A stretch of DNA of 59,747 bases, counting the filler, from Sphacelaria rigidula (taxonomy: Eukaryota): assembly GCA_964200075.2 (NCBI GenBank). It is 8 parts of 8 records of this genome, joined end to end, with 100 filler letters (N's around TTAATTAATTAA, not from the genome) between each part and the next. Parts side by side here need not be neighbours in the genome. Positions count along the whole stretch, not along the records: positions 1 to 7,382 come from CAXNAA020015175.1; positions 7,483 to 14,863 come from CAXNAA020015176.1; 6 more parts are not named here. The stretch is one strand, 5' to 3'. This document shows positions 1 to 11,251 of this stretch, in pieces. A program made the translations under genes and the position numbers. Every line of letters starts with the position of its first letter. The first letter of the stretch is position 1. The notes under the pieces are model-generated. The model was given only the letters and a program-made list of their open reading frames with translations. It ran no database searches and was not told where the DNA came from.

Positions 1-279
1 CGCGCCGCGGTACATTTAGCTAATCAAGGCTGTAGTAGCAGCAGGTACACGCGGCTAATCGGGTACAATCCATTTCCAACATCAACGCTTCAACACTAAA
101 ACAATCCAACTCCTGCATTATACAGCATGTATTGGACTAGAATCTTTCTATACCCGCCGATCGTTTCTGGGGACCCAGCTGCGGATCCAAAAGAACGAGT
201 TTAATTCAGGCACGCAGTCGTTTACCATCACAGGTCCGTTAAAGTGCGACAATCAATCAATCAATCAATAATATTCCAA

Positions 280-727
280 AACAGCCGATCATTGAAATTA
301 AGGACGGACCTTTTTATCGAGGATGAGAACCCGGAGGATTAAAATCTTCACATCCGCACCAAATCTTCGAAATATGGTTTCTTTTCTTCACCTACTGGTA
401 GCTACTGACAATTTCTATACTACACGCCCTAGAAAATTGGATTTCGATAACCGAAATGTTGGGGTTCTAGATGAAAAAACGATCTCGAAGAATATCGTCG
501 ATCCGATCGGATCACCTGAATTTCCCGAATTTGTTTTTCATCCAGGACCACAACATTTCGGTTATCGAAATCCAAATATGTAGGGCGTGTAGCAGTTGTC
601 ATTAGCTACCAGTAAGTGAAAAAATGAAACAATACTTCGAAAATTTGGTGTGGAAACGAAGACTTTGATCCTCCTGGTTCTCATTCTCAATGACAAGCTC
701 CATCCTCAATCTCGATGACTGGCTATT
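280..727. mobile_element. Fold-back (almost fully palindromic) MITE, family A, copy 1
   Basis: The two halves are reverse complements about the centre GATCCGATCGGATC (500-513). Termini are RACAGCCGATC...GATGACTGGCTATT. Near-identical copies lie at 13585-14027 and 53727-54166. Confidence 0.85.
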
Positions 728-1254
728 TGAATCTCCCAACAACGATTCGAGCTAGGATACATGCATCAGATGGTGTTGGCATCTTGTGTCAAGCCTACAC
801 GTTCTTTCTCCCGGTCCGGTCCGGGGAAATTCCATCGGCGCAGATGTGGTGTCCCGAAGTTTAAGTATATCTCGCCTTTACGTGCTTTACATTTACAGGC
901 GGGGCCGCCTAAGAAGCTCAGTTTCCTTCAGACCGTTCTAACTTCCGATGTATCGCGAGTTGTGCCTACTATGACACAACGTAGTAATCGACAAATCAGC
1001 GCGCGTCTTGAAATCCATGCAGCACTGCGATCCGACAAGGTCTCATCAGACGAAATATCAAACTGTAGTCAAGTACGAAAGTGTAGAGAGTTGAGGGTTG
1101 TGACGGATGTATAGGCAACCGATTAGACTGCCGTACAGTCAGCGCTGTACGGTAGTGTAATCGGTTGCCTGTAAGTCGTCACAGGGTACTTTGTGCAGCG
1201 GAATCAGCCAAAATAAAACGGCTGAGAGTGGATTTTCGGTTACAGTCAGCGCTG

Positions 1255-1325
1255 ACTGGTCAGTAGTCTAGTTGGTTGTCTCTTAAACCGTCACAAAAGT
1301 TAGTCGTGGGGCCTCAATCTCCGTC
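1255..1325 (+). mobile_element. tRNA-derived SINE-like head (family S1), degenerate
   Basis: A-box-like TAGTCTAGTTGG, then CTTAAACCGTCACAAAAGTTAG, shared with the copy at 1831-1915. Confidence 0.55.
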
Positions 1326-1830
1326 ACTTTCACTCCAAGGAGGGCGACTCCCCTCGCCAGCACTCTTTCTTGCCTTCATATGGGGTAACATTAACGGTTC
1401 CCCCCTCCCTCCCCTAAATCTCCGAGTTTTTCGGGAAAAAAAGAAAAAGAAAAAGGTGAGAGTAGACCCTTTAACCAGGTCAGGCTTACGACGAATTTCA
1501 TCGGAATCTAGCCTCGTCTTTTCGGTAAAAGTCGAAAAAATCAGAGAAAAAACGCCCCGTTACCCTCAGGCACAACAGTACTACAATTTACCAAATGCGC
1601 GTGGTTGATGAAACACGCCAAAGAACTGTTTTCTATTGACGGCCATCAAGACCTCTAGTGTTGTCACTCTCATCGTACCCTTGAGTTACTCGTCTCCCCC
1701 ACTCATTTCCAGAGTGTGTGCACTGGGGTCCTTCCTTAGCAGTACACCCAAACATAGCCACCAGGCTATACCCCCACCCTTTTTCTTTGGGTCAATTTGT
1801 TTTCAGAGGTTTTCTCTCCTCCTTTTTCTT

Positions 1831-1915
1831 GAAAAAAAAGTGCGCCCGACGGGAATCGAACCAGCAACTAACTTTTGTGACGGTTTAGGAGATAAAAAAC
1901 TAGACTACCAGCTGG
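1831..1915 (-). mobile_element. tRNA-derived SINE-like element (family S1)
   Basis: On the minus strand: A-box-like TAGTCTAG, B-box GGTTCGATTCCC, then oligo-T. It sits head-to-head with a plus-strand partial copy at 1913-1950. Confidence 0.6.
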
Positions 1916-1966
1916 TCAGTAGTCTAGTTGATTGTTTCGTAAACCGTCACATGCCGCACAAGCTGT

Positions 1967-2590
1967 AGCACAATTCCCGAGCTCAATACTCAACCGTTTT
2001 CGATTAAATTTTGACAAAATATACAGGACGTATGTGCAAATACCCCTTCGTTCCTTTTTTTGCTTTTTTTCTTTCTCCATGAGTTGTTGGCGACGGAATA
2101 TTTCAAAGCAGTGTTTTTGGAACAAAATTGCCAATAACTCACGCAGAAAAACGAAAAAAATATCGGAGGAAAGGTTCGGTCTTCGCACATATGTCCTGTA
2201 CATCGTGTCAGAATTTCATCGAAATAGCTTGAAATTGAACGGCATAATTGCGTTCGGATTATTCGTGACTCTATATACTATAGTAACCGGTTGTCGAGGG
2301 AATTACGCATATAATCTTCGCTCGATTCTGGATCGTTTTCGAGGAAATTTTGACACGATATATATGACGTATATGCAAATATCAAACCTTTCATCCCCTG
2401 CTTTTTCCCCCTCCGTAAGTTATTGGCGACGGAATATTTCATAACATTTGTTTTCGAAACAAAATTTCCAATAACTCACGATGAAAAGAAGAAAAACAGG
2501 ACATGGAAGCTTTAGTATTCGCACATACGTCCTGTACATCGTGTCAAAATTTCATCGAAAACGATCCCAAATTGAGCGAAAATTTTGCGT
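1967..2590. mobile_element. Two tandem ~285-bp MITE-like units (1967-2253, 2305-2590) with ~70-bp terminal inverted repeats
   Basis: Each unit starts ...CGTTTTCGA..AAATTTTGAC..ATATA...GACGTAT.TGCAAATA and ends with the reverse complement CGCACATA.GTCCTGTACATCGTGTCA.AATTTCATCGAAA. The internal sequence is also shared. Confidence 0.75.
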
Positions 2591-2794
2591 TTCAACATTC
2601 CTGGTGGCTTCTTGGGCGGCCCAGCTCGTATTAAGTGCCAATTTGAGGTTATACTTGGGAGTCATCCTACAATAGGGGGGAGGGTATTTGGTTGCATGAA
2701 AAACGAGGCTCACAAGTGTGTCAAATATCCTTCCACACTTGCGTTGCGCTTGTATTCGGTTCCAAACGGTGTCAGACAGTATGGATGAGCGTTA

Positions 2795-3670
2795 TTAATC
2801 CACAACAAGCTTGTTTGAACAAGCGTTGCTGCTTTCAACGACAATCTGACTCGAAATTTCGAGCAACAAATGGCCCAAAATACCCTCCCCCCTATCGTAG
2901 GATGACTCTTGGTCAGTCGCTAAAAAAGACTTTCCAAGTCCTCTACACATTGTTTCCCTGATCCGCTGAAAGTACAAACATCGATCGTCATTATAAAGAT
3001 GACAACATTCCAGGCCATCACATATACGTACCATAATAGACCGGAACCACCCTGAGCTTCCACTACATCCCATCGGTATGGCCGACCATTCATACAGACT
3101 ACGTGCAGATCGCCGTCAACAGAATTGAGTCCTGATGGATAGACACGTTTGAGTAGCGGCAAGTGATATATATCTAAAGACAAGAATATTTTGGCCCCCC
3201 TCAATGATCCAGAAGTAGCTCCTCAATTATTGGAAGGGACAGCACAGGAATTATCGTACTGTGTCATCAAGCTTTTCAGAGTTACATTTACTACGAATGG
3301 ATCCATCCGCTTTGTCTACGACTACCAGCGGGCAACTCCAGCTAGAATACAATCTCCTTGAAAGGCTTGCTGCCAACATGCAGTTGATTTCTACTTGTAC
3401 CTTTTTTTGGACTCCCGGGGTGCGACAGTACGGGCGCTGTTTTGTGGGCCTGGTTCCTGGTTTCAATCGAATTTTGAACGGGTCCACCGTGCAATATCCT
3501 CAGAGTATCTTGTCGTTGGAAATCGGTGCAAATATTTGCACAAAAACTCACCCAAGTCCTTGATGTCGTCCACTGATCGATATGCGCCTTCCAAACCAAA
3601 CTTGATGTTCCACATATGCGTCGAGAATCTGTGCCATAAATCCTTGTTGGCTTCTTGATGCGCAAGGTTC
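2795..3670 (-). pseudogene. Degenerate Ty3/Gypsy reverse transcriptase fragment
   Basis: Motifs PFKIRLKPGTRPTKQRPY...SSWSCPLVVVDKADGSIR and MGCSGSSGWFRSIMVRICDGLECCHLYNDD (YxDD), broken by stops and frameshifts. Confidence 0.85.
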
Positions 3671-3773
3671 AAGCCCGCCAGAACCGGTGGATGTTATGAA
3701 TCCTGGTCTACCGTGAGTTCTTCCTCGGGGTGTAAATCTGTTGTTTTGAAGATCTCTTAACGTCCTCCAGGGA

Positions 3774-4100
3774 TCATGATACCAAAATCGAACAGTCGCT
3801 CCTCGCATCATAGATACAGCTGCAGCTCTCATAGCTTTCCCGAAAATCGGTGTTCAATGCCCACTGCACGGCAGGTGCCAAGTCTACCCAGGCATTAGCA
3901 TCGCATCTTCCTTGCTGCATTATGATCTTCAAGGTACAAACTATGTCACGCATCATTCGCTCATATTCACGATGTGACAACAGCGAATCGGCCACCACGA
4001 CTCTACGATCCATCAGCGCCATCTCGAGCACTCTCACCATACGATTCGCATGTTGCGATGCCGTAACACTGACGGATCACTCCTGCGGTCTCAGCGCTTT
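3774..4100 (-). pseudogene. Degenerate LTR-retrotransposon integrase core fragment
   Basis: YERMMRDIVCTLK...WVDLAPAVQWALNTDFRE resembles the ER..R.L...W...LP.V..A.N region of Gypsy integrases. Very decayed pol-like sequence probably continues to ~5450. Confidence 0.7.
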
Positions 4101-4227
4101 GCACCATATGTCAATAGATACTCCACCGTTGTCACGGCCGTACAAGACTCCGCGGGCGTATAGATTTGTCTGAAATCAGAACAAGGTCACAGTCCTGCTC
4201 CAGAGGCTTCCTCCCTGTCACGGGCTC

Positions 4228-4293
4228 CAGAGACTTCAAGACTCAAGCAGTTATACAAACAGAGACTTCAAGACTCAAGCAGTTATACAAACA
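4228..4293. repeat. 32-bp tandem duplication
   Basis: CAGAGACTTCAAGACTCAAGCAGTTATACAAA occurs twice in tandem. Confidence 0.9.
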
Positions 4294-5521
4294 GAAGTCT
4301 TCGTTAACCAGAAGTGACCGGCGCACCTCGTGTACAAAGATCATACATCACGGAGTCCACTGATCATACTCTCAGACCCGTTATCCATCAACCAGTCTTT
4401 AAACGCCTGCCATGTATTTTCTCCACTGCAGTCATTTACCTAACTACGGTAACAATGTTGCCCGGCGTCTACAGCACCCCCAAAGCTCGCTTACTACTCA
4501 CAAGTTGTCAACCTAGAGCTCGATAAACTCAGACATCATTGTTGCCGAAGTTCAACATCAATTTGCACATAGAAAGGCAATCCCTACCGCAGTCGGTGAC
4601 AGCCATACAAGCTTGTCCAATTTCCGAACAACTCGCAAGAGATCCAAAACGTCCGTCATGAACACGCAATTACGCTACTTGCATCGCTCCGAGTCACGCA
4701 GCGAGAGCTGACGCCCAATTCTCAAACGCATGCCCCAAGCAAGTCTCCTGACGCCAAACCGGCGAAGAAAATTTAAACGTCAGCGTACTTCAGATTCTAA
4801 AGTCATCGTGACAATTCGTCTCTCGCATTCGATACCGTTCAACATAAAACATACTCTTTCGGACGTTCAACACCTGCGCAACGGAGTGCAACAGCCAAGC
4901 AATATACCTGAAATTAGAATCAAATAGGTAACCAACAACACGTCTAGAACGCAGCTGTCATCTTGCTTCTTCAACTCCGTGAAAACGTATGCATCATACA
5001 CCTCTTCTTCGTGAAAGCTTCGAAGCTTCATTGCGCCACTCAACTCATGAGCATACTAAAACAAAAGCCATGACTTGAACCGATTTTCAAGCCATGTATA
5101 CCAATCCAACAACGGCAAACAGGTCTCGACCTCCGCCATCATTGATCGCCCGTAGTGATATCGTTTTCAAAGTCGTTTTCACCAAGTACACCCCAGGAAG
5201 CACCCAGATATAATATCCCAACTTGGATTCAGGACGGTCATATCCCCTCGGACGACTAACCGCGGTGTAAAATGCAGCTCACCCGCACCGCTTCCTTAGA
5301 CAAACGGACACTCCATCCATATGATCCTTCCAGACGGAAATAAAATATTCCCCCAAAAGACGTTCCATAGCTGAAGATCACCCATCTTCGACCACAAGAA
5401 ACACTCGTGTTTTCCTCGCGCATTTCGTAGTTACCGCTCATTTTAACGCCAACAGCAGCAATCACCATCTCCTACAGTCAGTGCCCACAAACCGCACAAA
5501 GAGAACTCCGCCGCGTGTCTG

Positions 5522-5676
5522 TGTGAACAGGAATATACGAGATTCAACCCACCCAGCATACAGCAGTATATTGAAAACTGCCTCACCCTGACTCTTGGCT
5601 AGATATGTAGAGTAGTCCACCTCCAGTACACGTACGAGCATTTATGGATTGGCTAGATTTGAAGCCACACCTCACA
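5522..5676. mobile_element. Short solo LTR with 5-bp target-site duplication
   Basis: Termini TGTGA...TCACA, flanked on both sides by GTCTG (5517-5521 and 5677-5681). Confidence 0.8.
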
Positions 5677-5793
5677 GTCTGTAGAGCCCGGGAACGCTCG
5701 CGTTGAACATCAGGGGGTGAGAGGAACCGGGGGAGAGAAGGCGCAGGCCACACAAATCCACGGCGACTGCGGTAACAGCAGGCTGTTGGAAGG

Positions 5794-7382
5794 ATGGCAG
5801 CGCGAAGGGAAGAGGGCACCAGCGAGACGGTTGATGAGGTGAAGTTTGCAGTAACCGAATTGATCTTGGGTGGACCCTTGAAAGTGCCCGAATATGGGCG
5901 AGTATTCAGTGAGCAAGCTTCCAGACGCTTTGACCAAAGGTATCGCGAATATGAGAAGGCAGTGGGGAAGAGTAACAAAGGCCGGTCCGTTAAGCGCGCA
6001 CTCTTGACCATGCAAGAGTTGGTGCCAAATTACATCCAGAAATGCGTGTCTGATCCCATTTTTGATGGGTTGCAACTCGACGAAGACGAACTGCAGCAAG
6101 GGATTGCACGCCAAGCCAAATGCTGGGTCGACATGGAAATTGATCCTTCTGAGGCTGCAGCAGGTGTGAAAAACGCCTACAGCAGATTATTCCACTTGTA
6201 TATCATCATGAACCTGCACGTACGTGTACTGGAGGTGACCTACTCTTCTGCGGCAGACTATGTGGATTTGAACATCACATGCTTCACGCATGTGGTTACT
6301 TCCGATAACAAAGGCTGTGTGTTTATGAATATCAACTGTCTTGAAGTCTCCAGGCCCTAGTGAGGGCTATCTTCTGACCTTGTTCTGCGTCCAGGAGGGC
6401 TATCTATGCCGCACACTCTGAACCAACTGCAATGGGTCGAGTAGAACGGCAATGGAGTTCATTACAGGAGTACTCTGCGGAAAACGGCGTTGCGGAGTGC
6501 GTTTTCCTTATATCCGACCGTACGTTTAAGGCTGGTCCAGCACACATCATTACCAGAGCCATGGTCGCCGGCCTGACCTCACCTGAGTTCAAGAACAACG
6601 TTCAAAATATACTCTATGTGAAAAGAAACTGGAAAGAGAACCCGAGAGCAGTTTATGAGGTAGCTCATGACTTAGCGGAAAAATGAAAGACTGTTGAGGA
6701 GGTTGACAAACACCGCCACCAGCAACCGCAACTTAGGCACAAAAGCGGCTCACAAGGCTCGAAAAAGTGACATCGCATGCCGGCGCAGCGGCTGCGGCCG
6801 CTGCAGCGCGCAGTGGTGGCACAGGTAGTGGCGGTAAGAGCTCGAAAAAGCCCCACGAACCTGGTCCATGGTGCCGCCCCAGCCTTCCCCTCCTGCTCCT
6901 GCAGCTCAACCCCAACTGCCGTCGAGACCGGCTCAGGGAGTGGACGTCTTAGACAATGCCGGTATGGCGGGGTCTGCACACCGCTGAGGTTGCAGATTTA
7001 CATGCTGACGGTGTAATAGTTGACCGCAAGCAGCGATGCTGCCGAGCAGACTTGTCAGTTCCAGGTTCCACAGTCGAGAACGTTTGCCCTGTTACTGCCG
7101 TCTTGGATTCGGGGGCTGGCATCACCATCATGTCTGAAAAAGTGGCGGCCCAGTTGCAAGCAGTGTTCCCTGATGTATCAGTTGTCACGAGCATGGCTCG
7201 TGCACACCCGGTGTAACTAGCTGATGCTAATGTGCGAAGCATGCAGTCGAAGACATGCCTAGTGCGCACCGCTCTGTACACCAGCTGGGGGCCGGTGGTG
7301 TTGGATCCGTGTGACTATGCGGTCATGCCAGGTGCCGATGATGTGGTGATCATCGGGAGCGGTACGCTGGAGGCCATGGGTA
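5794..7382 (+). pseudogene. Degenerate Ty3/Gypsy gag-protease region, truncated by the contig end
   Basis: Gag-like frames (5794-6164, 6432-6686), then the aspartic protease motif AVLDSGAGITIMS (ORF 6956-7216). Contains stops and frameshifts. Confidence 0.75.
6165..6415. mobile_element. LTR-like insertion interrupting gag
   Basis: TGTG...CACA ends. Shares CGTACGTGTACTGGAGGTG with the 5522-5676 solo LTR in inverted orientation. No TSD visible. Confidence 0.5.
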
Positions 7383-7482
7383 NNNNNNNNNNNNNNNNNN
7401 NNNNNNNNNNNNNNNNNNNNNNNNNNTTAATTAATTAANNNNNNNNNNNNNNNNNNNNNNNNNNNNNNNNNNNNNNNNNNNN
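7383..7482. other. Artificial contig linker (N44-TTAATTAATTAA-N44)
   Basis: Identical 100-bp spacer whose core gives stop codons on both strands; recurs every ~7481 bp. Confidence 0.98.
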
Positions 7483-7556
7483 GTCTGGCATTGTAGGGAT
7501 GCGAGGTCAATGGTCTGATGACTATGGCAGGCATGGTCATGAGTACACCCCCCCCC
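7483..7556. repeat. Short interspersed repeat family G (poly-G/C-ended), partial copy
   Basis: GTAGGGATGCGAGGTCAATGGTCTGATGACTATGGCAGGCATG.TCATGAGTACACCCCCC; many copies in the window. Confidence 0.85.
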
Positions 7557-8262
7557 AGTACCCAACTTAGTGTCAGTTGGTTTATCCGGCGGTACAAGTA
7601 GATGACCCGTTTATCAGGAGGTTGTTTTTGACAGTCGAACACAGTTTTTAGGCTCTAGTGCAATGAGAGGGTAGATTTTCAAAGCACAACCCCGCACATT
7701 TCTTCACAACTGCGATCGGAACAGGCTCGGTCGACCTGAAATACCAAAAAGTCAGAATCTGGGCCGAAACGTGTCGGGACCCCCTATGACCGGTCAGCCC
7801 GTCAGTCACCAAGTATTGAGTACAGATGATTTTTTTTCCTCGGAATGGAATGGGCAAATACAAGTATCTCCAGGTTCCCAATGTGATGAGTGTTGGAAAG
7901 CGAAAGTCTAAGAAAATCGTCAATTACGAAGAAATCCCTAAATGAATGTTCAGACTAGGTTCAGACGGTCAGTAAAGCAGGAAAAGAAACGGAAAGGAAA
8001 GTAAAAGAAAGGAGAGGTGAAGGAAAATAATAACATACGAGTAGGAGAAAAAAAAAATAATGTTCACAATGAAAAAACTTGAAGCAAGAAAATGGCCGCG
8101 CGCTGAACACACACACGCATACATGAAAGAAAACGAAAGGTCATGAGAGTAGGTTGCCGTTCAGCTATTTCGGAACCGCGCTATTTGGGCATGAAAGATT
8201 ATAGGATAATTTTCTTACAAGAAGTGCCGCTGCCAAACACAAAGCACCGCCGCTTTTTTCCT

Positions 8263-8296
<34 letters not shown>

Positions 8297-8418
8297 AGCG
8301 GGGGGGCCAAAGCCCGTGCTTTTTTTTTTTTGGTTTTTCTTGCCCCCCTTTTTGTTTAAATAANNNNNNNNNNGAGCTGCGCACCGGGGCGCGCACGAGC
8401 CTGGCGTGCGTGGGTGGT

Positions 8419-8464
<46 letters not shown>

Positions 8465-8949
8465 GGTATCGCGGCGACCAATGCACGTGCTTCTTTTTGT
8501 TTGGTTCTCCTTGTCCCACTTCTTGTCTAAATAAGACACGGCATAAGACACGGCCTCACAGCTTGCACTCTCGTAGGGTGACGCGTTAATTCCATTTTCT
8601 GCGCTGTTTCCACCATACTTCCGTTCCCACTGTACACACCCGGAACACAGCGCACAATGCGCTCCCTACCCTTGTACATGTAGATATCTGGGCCCATTAC
8701 ACCGTCACTACTGGTGGTGAACATGCCAACCTCCGTAAGGATCATTTCTCGACATTACTGTAGTACGAGCTGGGCCAGCTCAAAAGCGGCTAAAAGTTGC
8801 TCACACCACAGTTTTCCCAGTTTCCTGAATGAATCCGATGTAAGCATATCACTGTGAAGTGTAGACCAACCTGGTAACACACGGCACCGCCGCCGAATGA
8901 AAAAAAAATGTACTGCATACGACCGTAATGTATAACCTTAACGACGGAC

Positions 8950-9010
8950 GGAAAAAAAAAAGAGAATATCTCGGGATTCGAACTCATGACCTCCATAATT
9001 GGACTCCCCA
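8950..9010 (-). mobile_element. tRNA-like SINE 3' fragment
   Basis: Minus strand GAGTTCGAATCCCG (B-box) followed by oligo-T. Confidence 0.4.
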
Positions 9011-9845
9011 ATCACTTGACTTGTAGGGGTGCAGCAGCGTCACGGAAAATGTTGAACGCATGGCCCAATTCGACGACTCTTGAGCTGAAATTTCACGTAT
9101 CCAGCTGCAGATTCTCATTTTCCCCCCGAACTTATGATATTATCTTGTCCTTGCTGAAATTTCGAATATCCATAACTTCTCTTTTCTTTCCTTTTTTCTT
9201 TGCTGATCACGTGATCTTCTGCATTTCAATCATCAAAAGCTACTGTCAGAATTTCAGCGTCCAAATCCTAATAGCGCGCCGTGCGTCGCCTGAGCGAGAT
9301 TCACATCTACTCTTGGCTGGCCCAGCTTGTATCGCGGCATAACTATACCGTCGAAGAAATAGCTCTATCACAATGTGACCGTTCAGTTTTTTATTCCTCC
9401 CTCCCCCTGAAGAGCTTCAGCCTGGTCCGGTGAGAACCCGGCGTGCTCCGTCCCCGCTTTGTAGGGGCGGGCCTCCGATAGGGTTGGCGTCGGTTGGTGC
9501 CGTAAAGCACGCCACTCACTGCGCAAGCTAGGCAACCAGGTTACCGATGTTTTTGCGCGCTCAACTTTTTTTGCGGTAACCATGATGGTAGTCGAGCTAG
9601 ATCATGTGGTGCGGGGTGGGAGAATCTCAACTCCGCACAATAGGGGTGATCGTGCCATGTAGTTTTAAAATGGTGAGACGCCCACGAGGCAGTGTATGAG
9701 CCGTGGCTGTCTCTGGTAGTGACGGTACCAGAAAGCGAAGCAAGTCATTGCAGGCTGTCATCCAAATGCAAGACAAATAGTAGGCTCCTGGCCAAAACAA
9801 TTTCGCAGAATGCAGCTCACCCTTCATGCGACTCGCCGAACATAC

Positions 9846-9970
9846 CACGGCGCTTCGCGCTTGGTTACTGAGTGCGAGCCTAGTCCGGCGAAAACCCGGN
9901 NNNNNNNNNCGAGGTCAATGGTCTCATGACTGTGGCATGCATGAACATGAGTACACCCCCCCGCCCTCCC
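9846..9970. repeat. Repeat family G, near full-length copy
   Basis: CACGGCGCTTCGCGCTTGG...CCGGCGAAAACCCGG...GAGGTCAATGGTC...GAGTACACCCCCC; matches 14268-14405. Confidence 0.8.
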
Positions 9971-11251
9971 CCTGAAGAGCGCCTGGGTGATGGTGTGTAC
10001 TCATGCGATGAATATTCGGCACAGTTTTCACGTTTGATAAATGTGATAGTCAGACGTGGTTGTTCGTCTGAGGTTACACAAGAGAGTGAAGCGCGGCAAC
10101 GGGAGAGTGATCCACAATATTCGCCCGAATACTGAAGTCTAAATTGAGTTCCATTCATCACTTTCGAGACAACGGCCGGAAACCCCCGACTGTGGACTAC
10201 ATATAGGGTAGTCAAATTACTTGGGGCTTTTTGTAGCTGCATACAAATTACTTGAGTTTTGTGTGGGTCCACTAAGCGCTTGGATCATGTATTGCTGTAC
10301 CGGTGTTGACCTCTTGACTTCAAAGTACGAATACTTGAGTACTTGGGTTAAGTGTACCTGCATGTAACTCACCTGAGTTCTGTGTGGGTTCATCAATTTA
10401 GTTGCTTTTATCTAGTGTGGACGGTAAAAATCACTTGCCTACCGTATGGTCGGTGTGTAGGCAAGACGATTACCAAATCCGCTTGACTTTGGACTACGGG
10501 AGACCAAAGTATCACTTGGGTATGATGTAGCTTTATAAAAAATACTTCAAGTTGAAAATGGAGAATTTCTGGGCACAAAAAAGTTGAAATTTCTTCCCCT
10601 CCCCCCCGGAGGAGGCTTGTGGGGGCGTGTAGGTGCCAAACACCCCGATGTATGTTTCCCCTCTGATGACTTGATAAATCTGCGCCAGAGAATGATACGT
10701 ATCTAGGGGTGATTGAAGGACTAACTCCTGCCCTGCAAGCATCGCTTATCGATGCTACAACTTCGGTTACACGTGCGCGTGTCCGCGCTTGTTTCCCTCC
10801 TCTCAGGTCAACAACGATGCCGCCTACGCTAACCCACAGACGAACACAACGACTCGCCACTTCTTCCCAGCTGGCGACGGCCTTCCTCATGAGGTTTGTT
10901 CGCAATAAGATAATAATTTCACACTGGAATTGAAGACAATGAAAACCATGGAGGCAAGGGCACAGCAAGCAGCTGGCTGTACCCTATATATACACACATA
11001 TATATATATATATATTGCTGTGCAAGAAGCATTGCTGCTGTGTCCTGCTCCAGACACTCTACTGGGACGGTGCTTGAGGCACTGTTGTGTACGTCACAAT
11101 CAAGCGACGCCGCGATAGCCTCTCCCAGAAAAACCACTGTTCTGTGGAGGGAAAATGTACACGTAAGCCGAAATGAAATTGGCGGAGCACACCGAGCAGC
11201 TGGAAACTCCCACGCTCGAGATCGTTTTCGCCAACTTTGCCCATAAACACG

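Noticed and set aside
323-583. Similar small ORFs at 323, 13482/13720 and 53590/53674 suggesting a peptide family
   Set aside because: All are translations of the same palindromic MITE, and frames are not conserved between copies.
7427-7438. Periodic TTAATTAATTAA motif and ORFs ending in ...LIN
   Set aside because: Artificial linker sequence.
7495-7556. Hammerhead ribozyme in repeat family G (CTGATGA with upstream CGAAA)
   Set aside because: Stems I-III cannot be formed around the core, and CTGATGA is not conserved among copies.
8263-8535. Polyproline ORFs and an apparent tandem duplication next to poly-G runs
   Set aside because: The first copy is a homopolymer-smeared version of the second across an N gap, typical of sequencing error after poly-G.
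10860-10925. Minus-strand segment CEIIILLRTNLMRKAVASWEE after a good acceptor, reminiscent of a sulfotransferase motif
   Set aside because: A single short segment with no neighbouring exons I could support.
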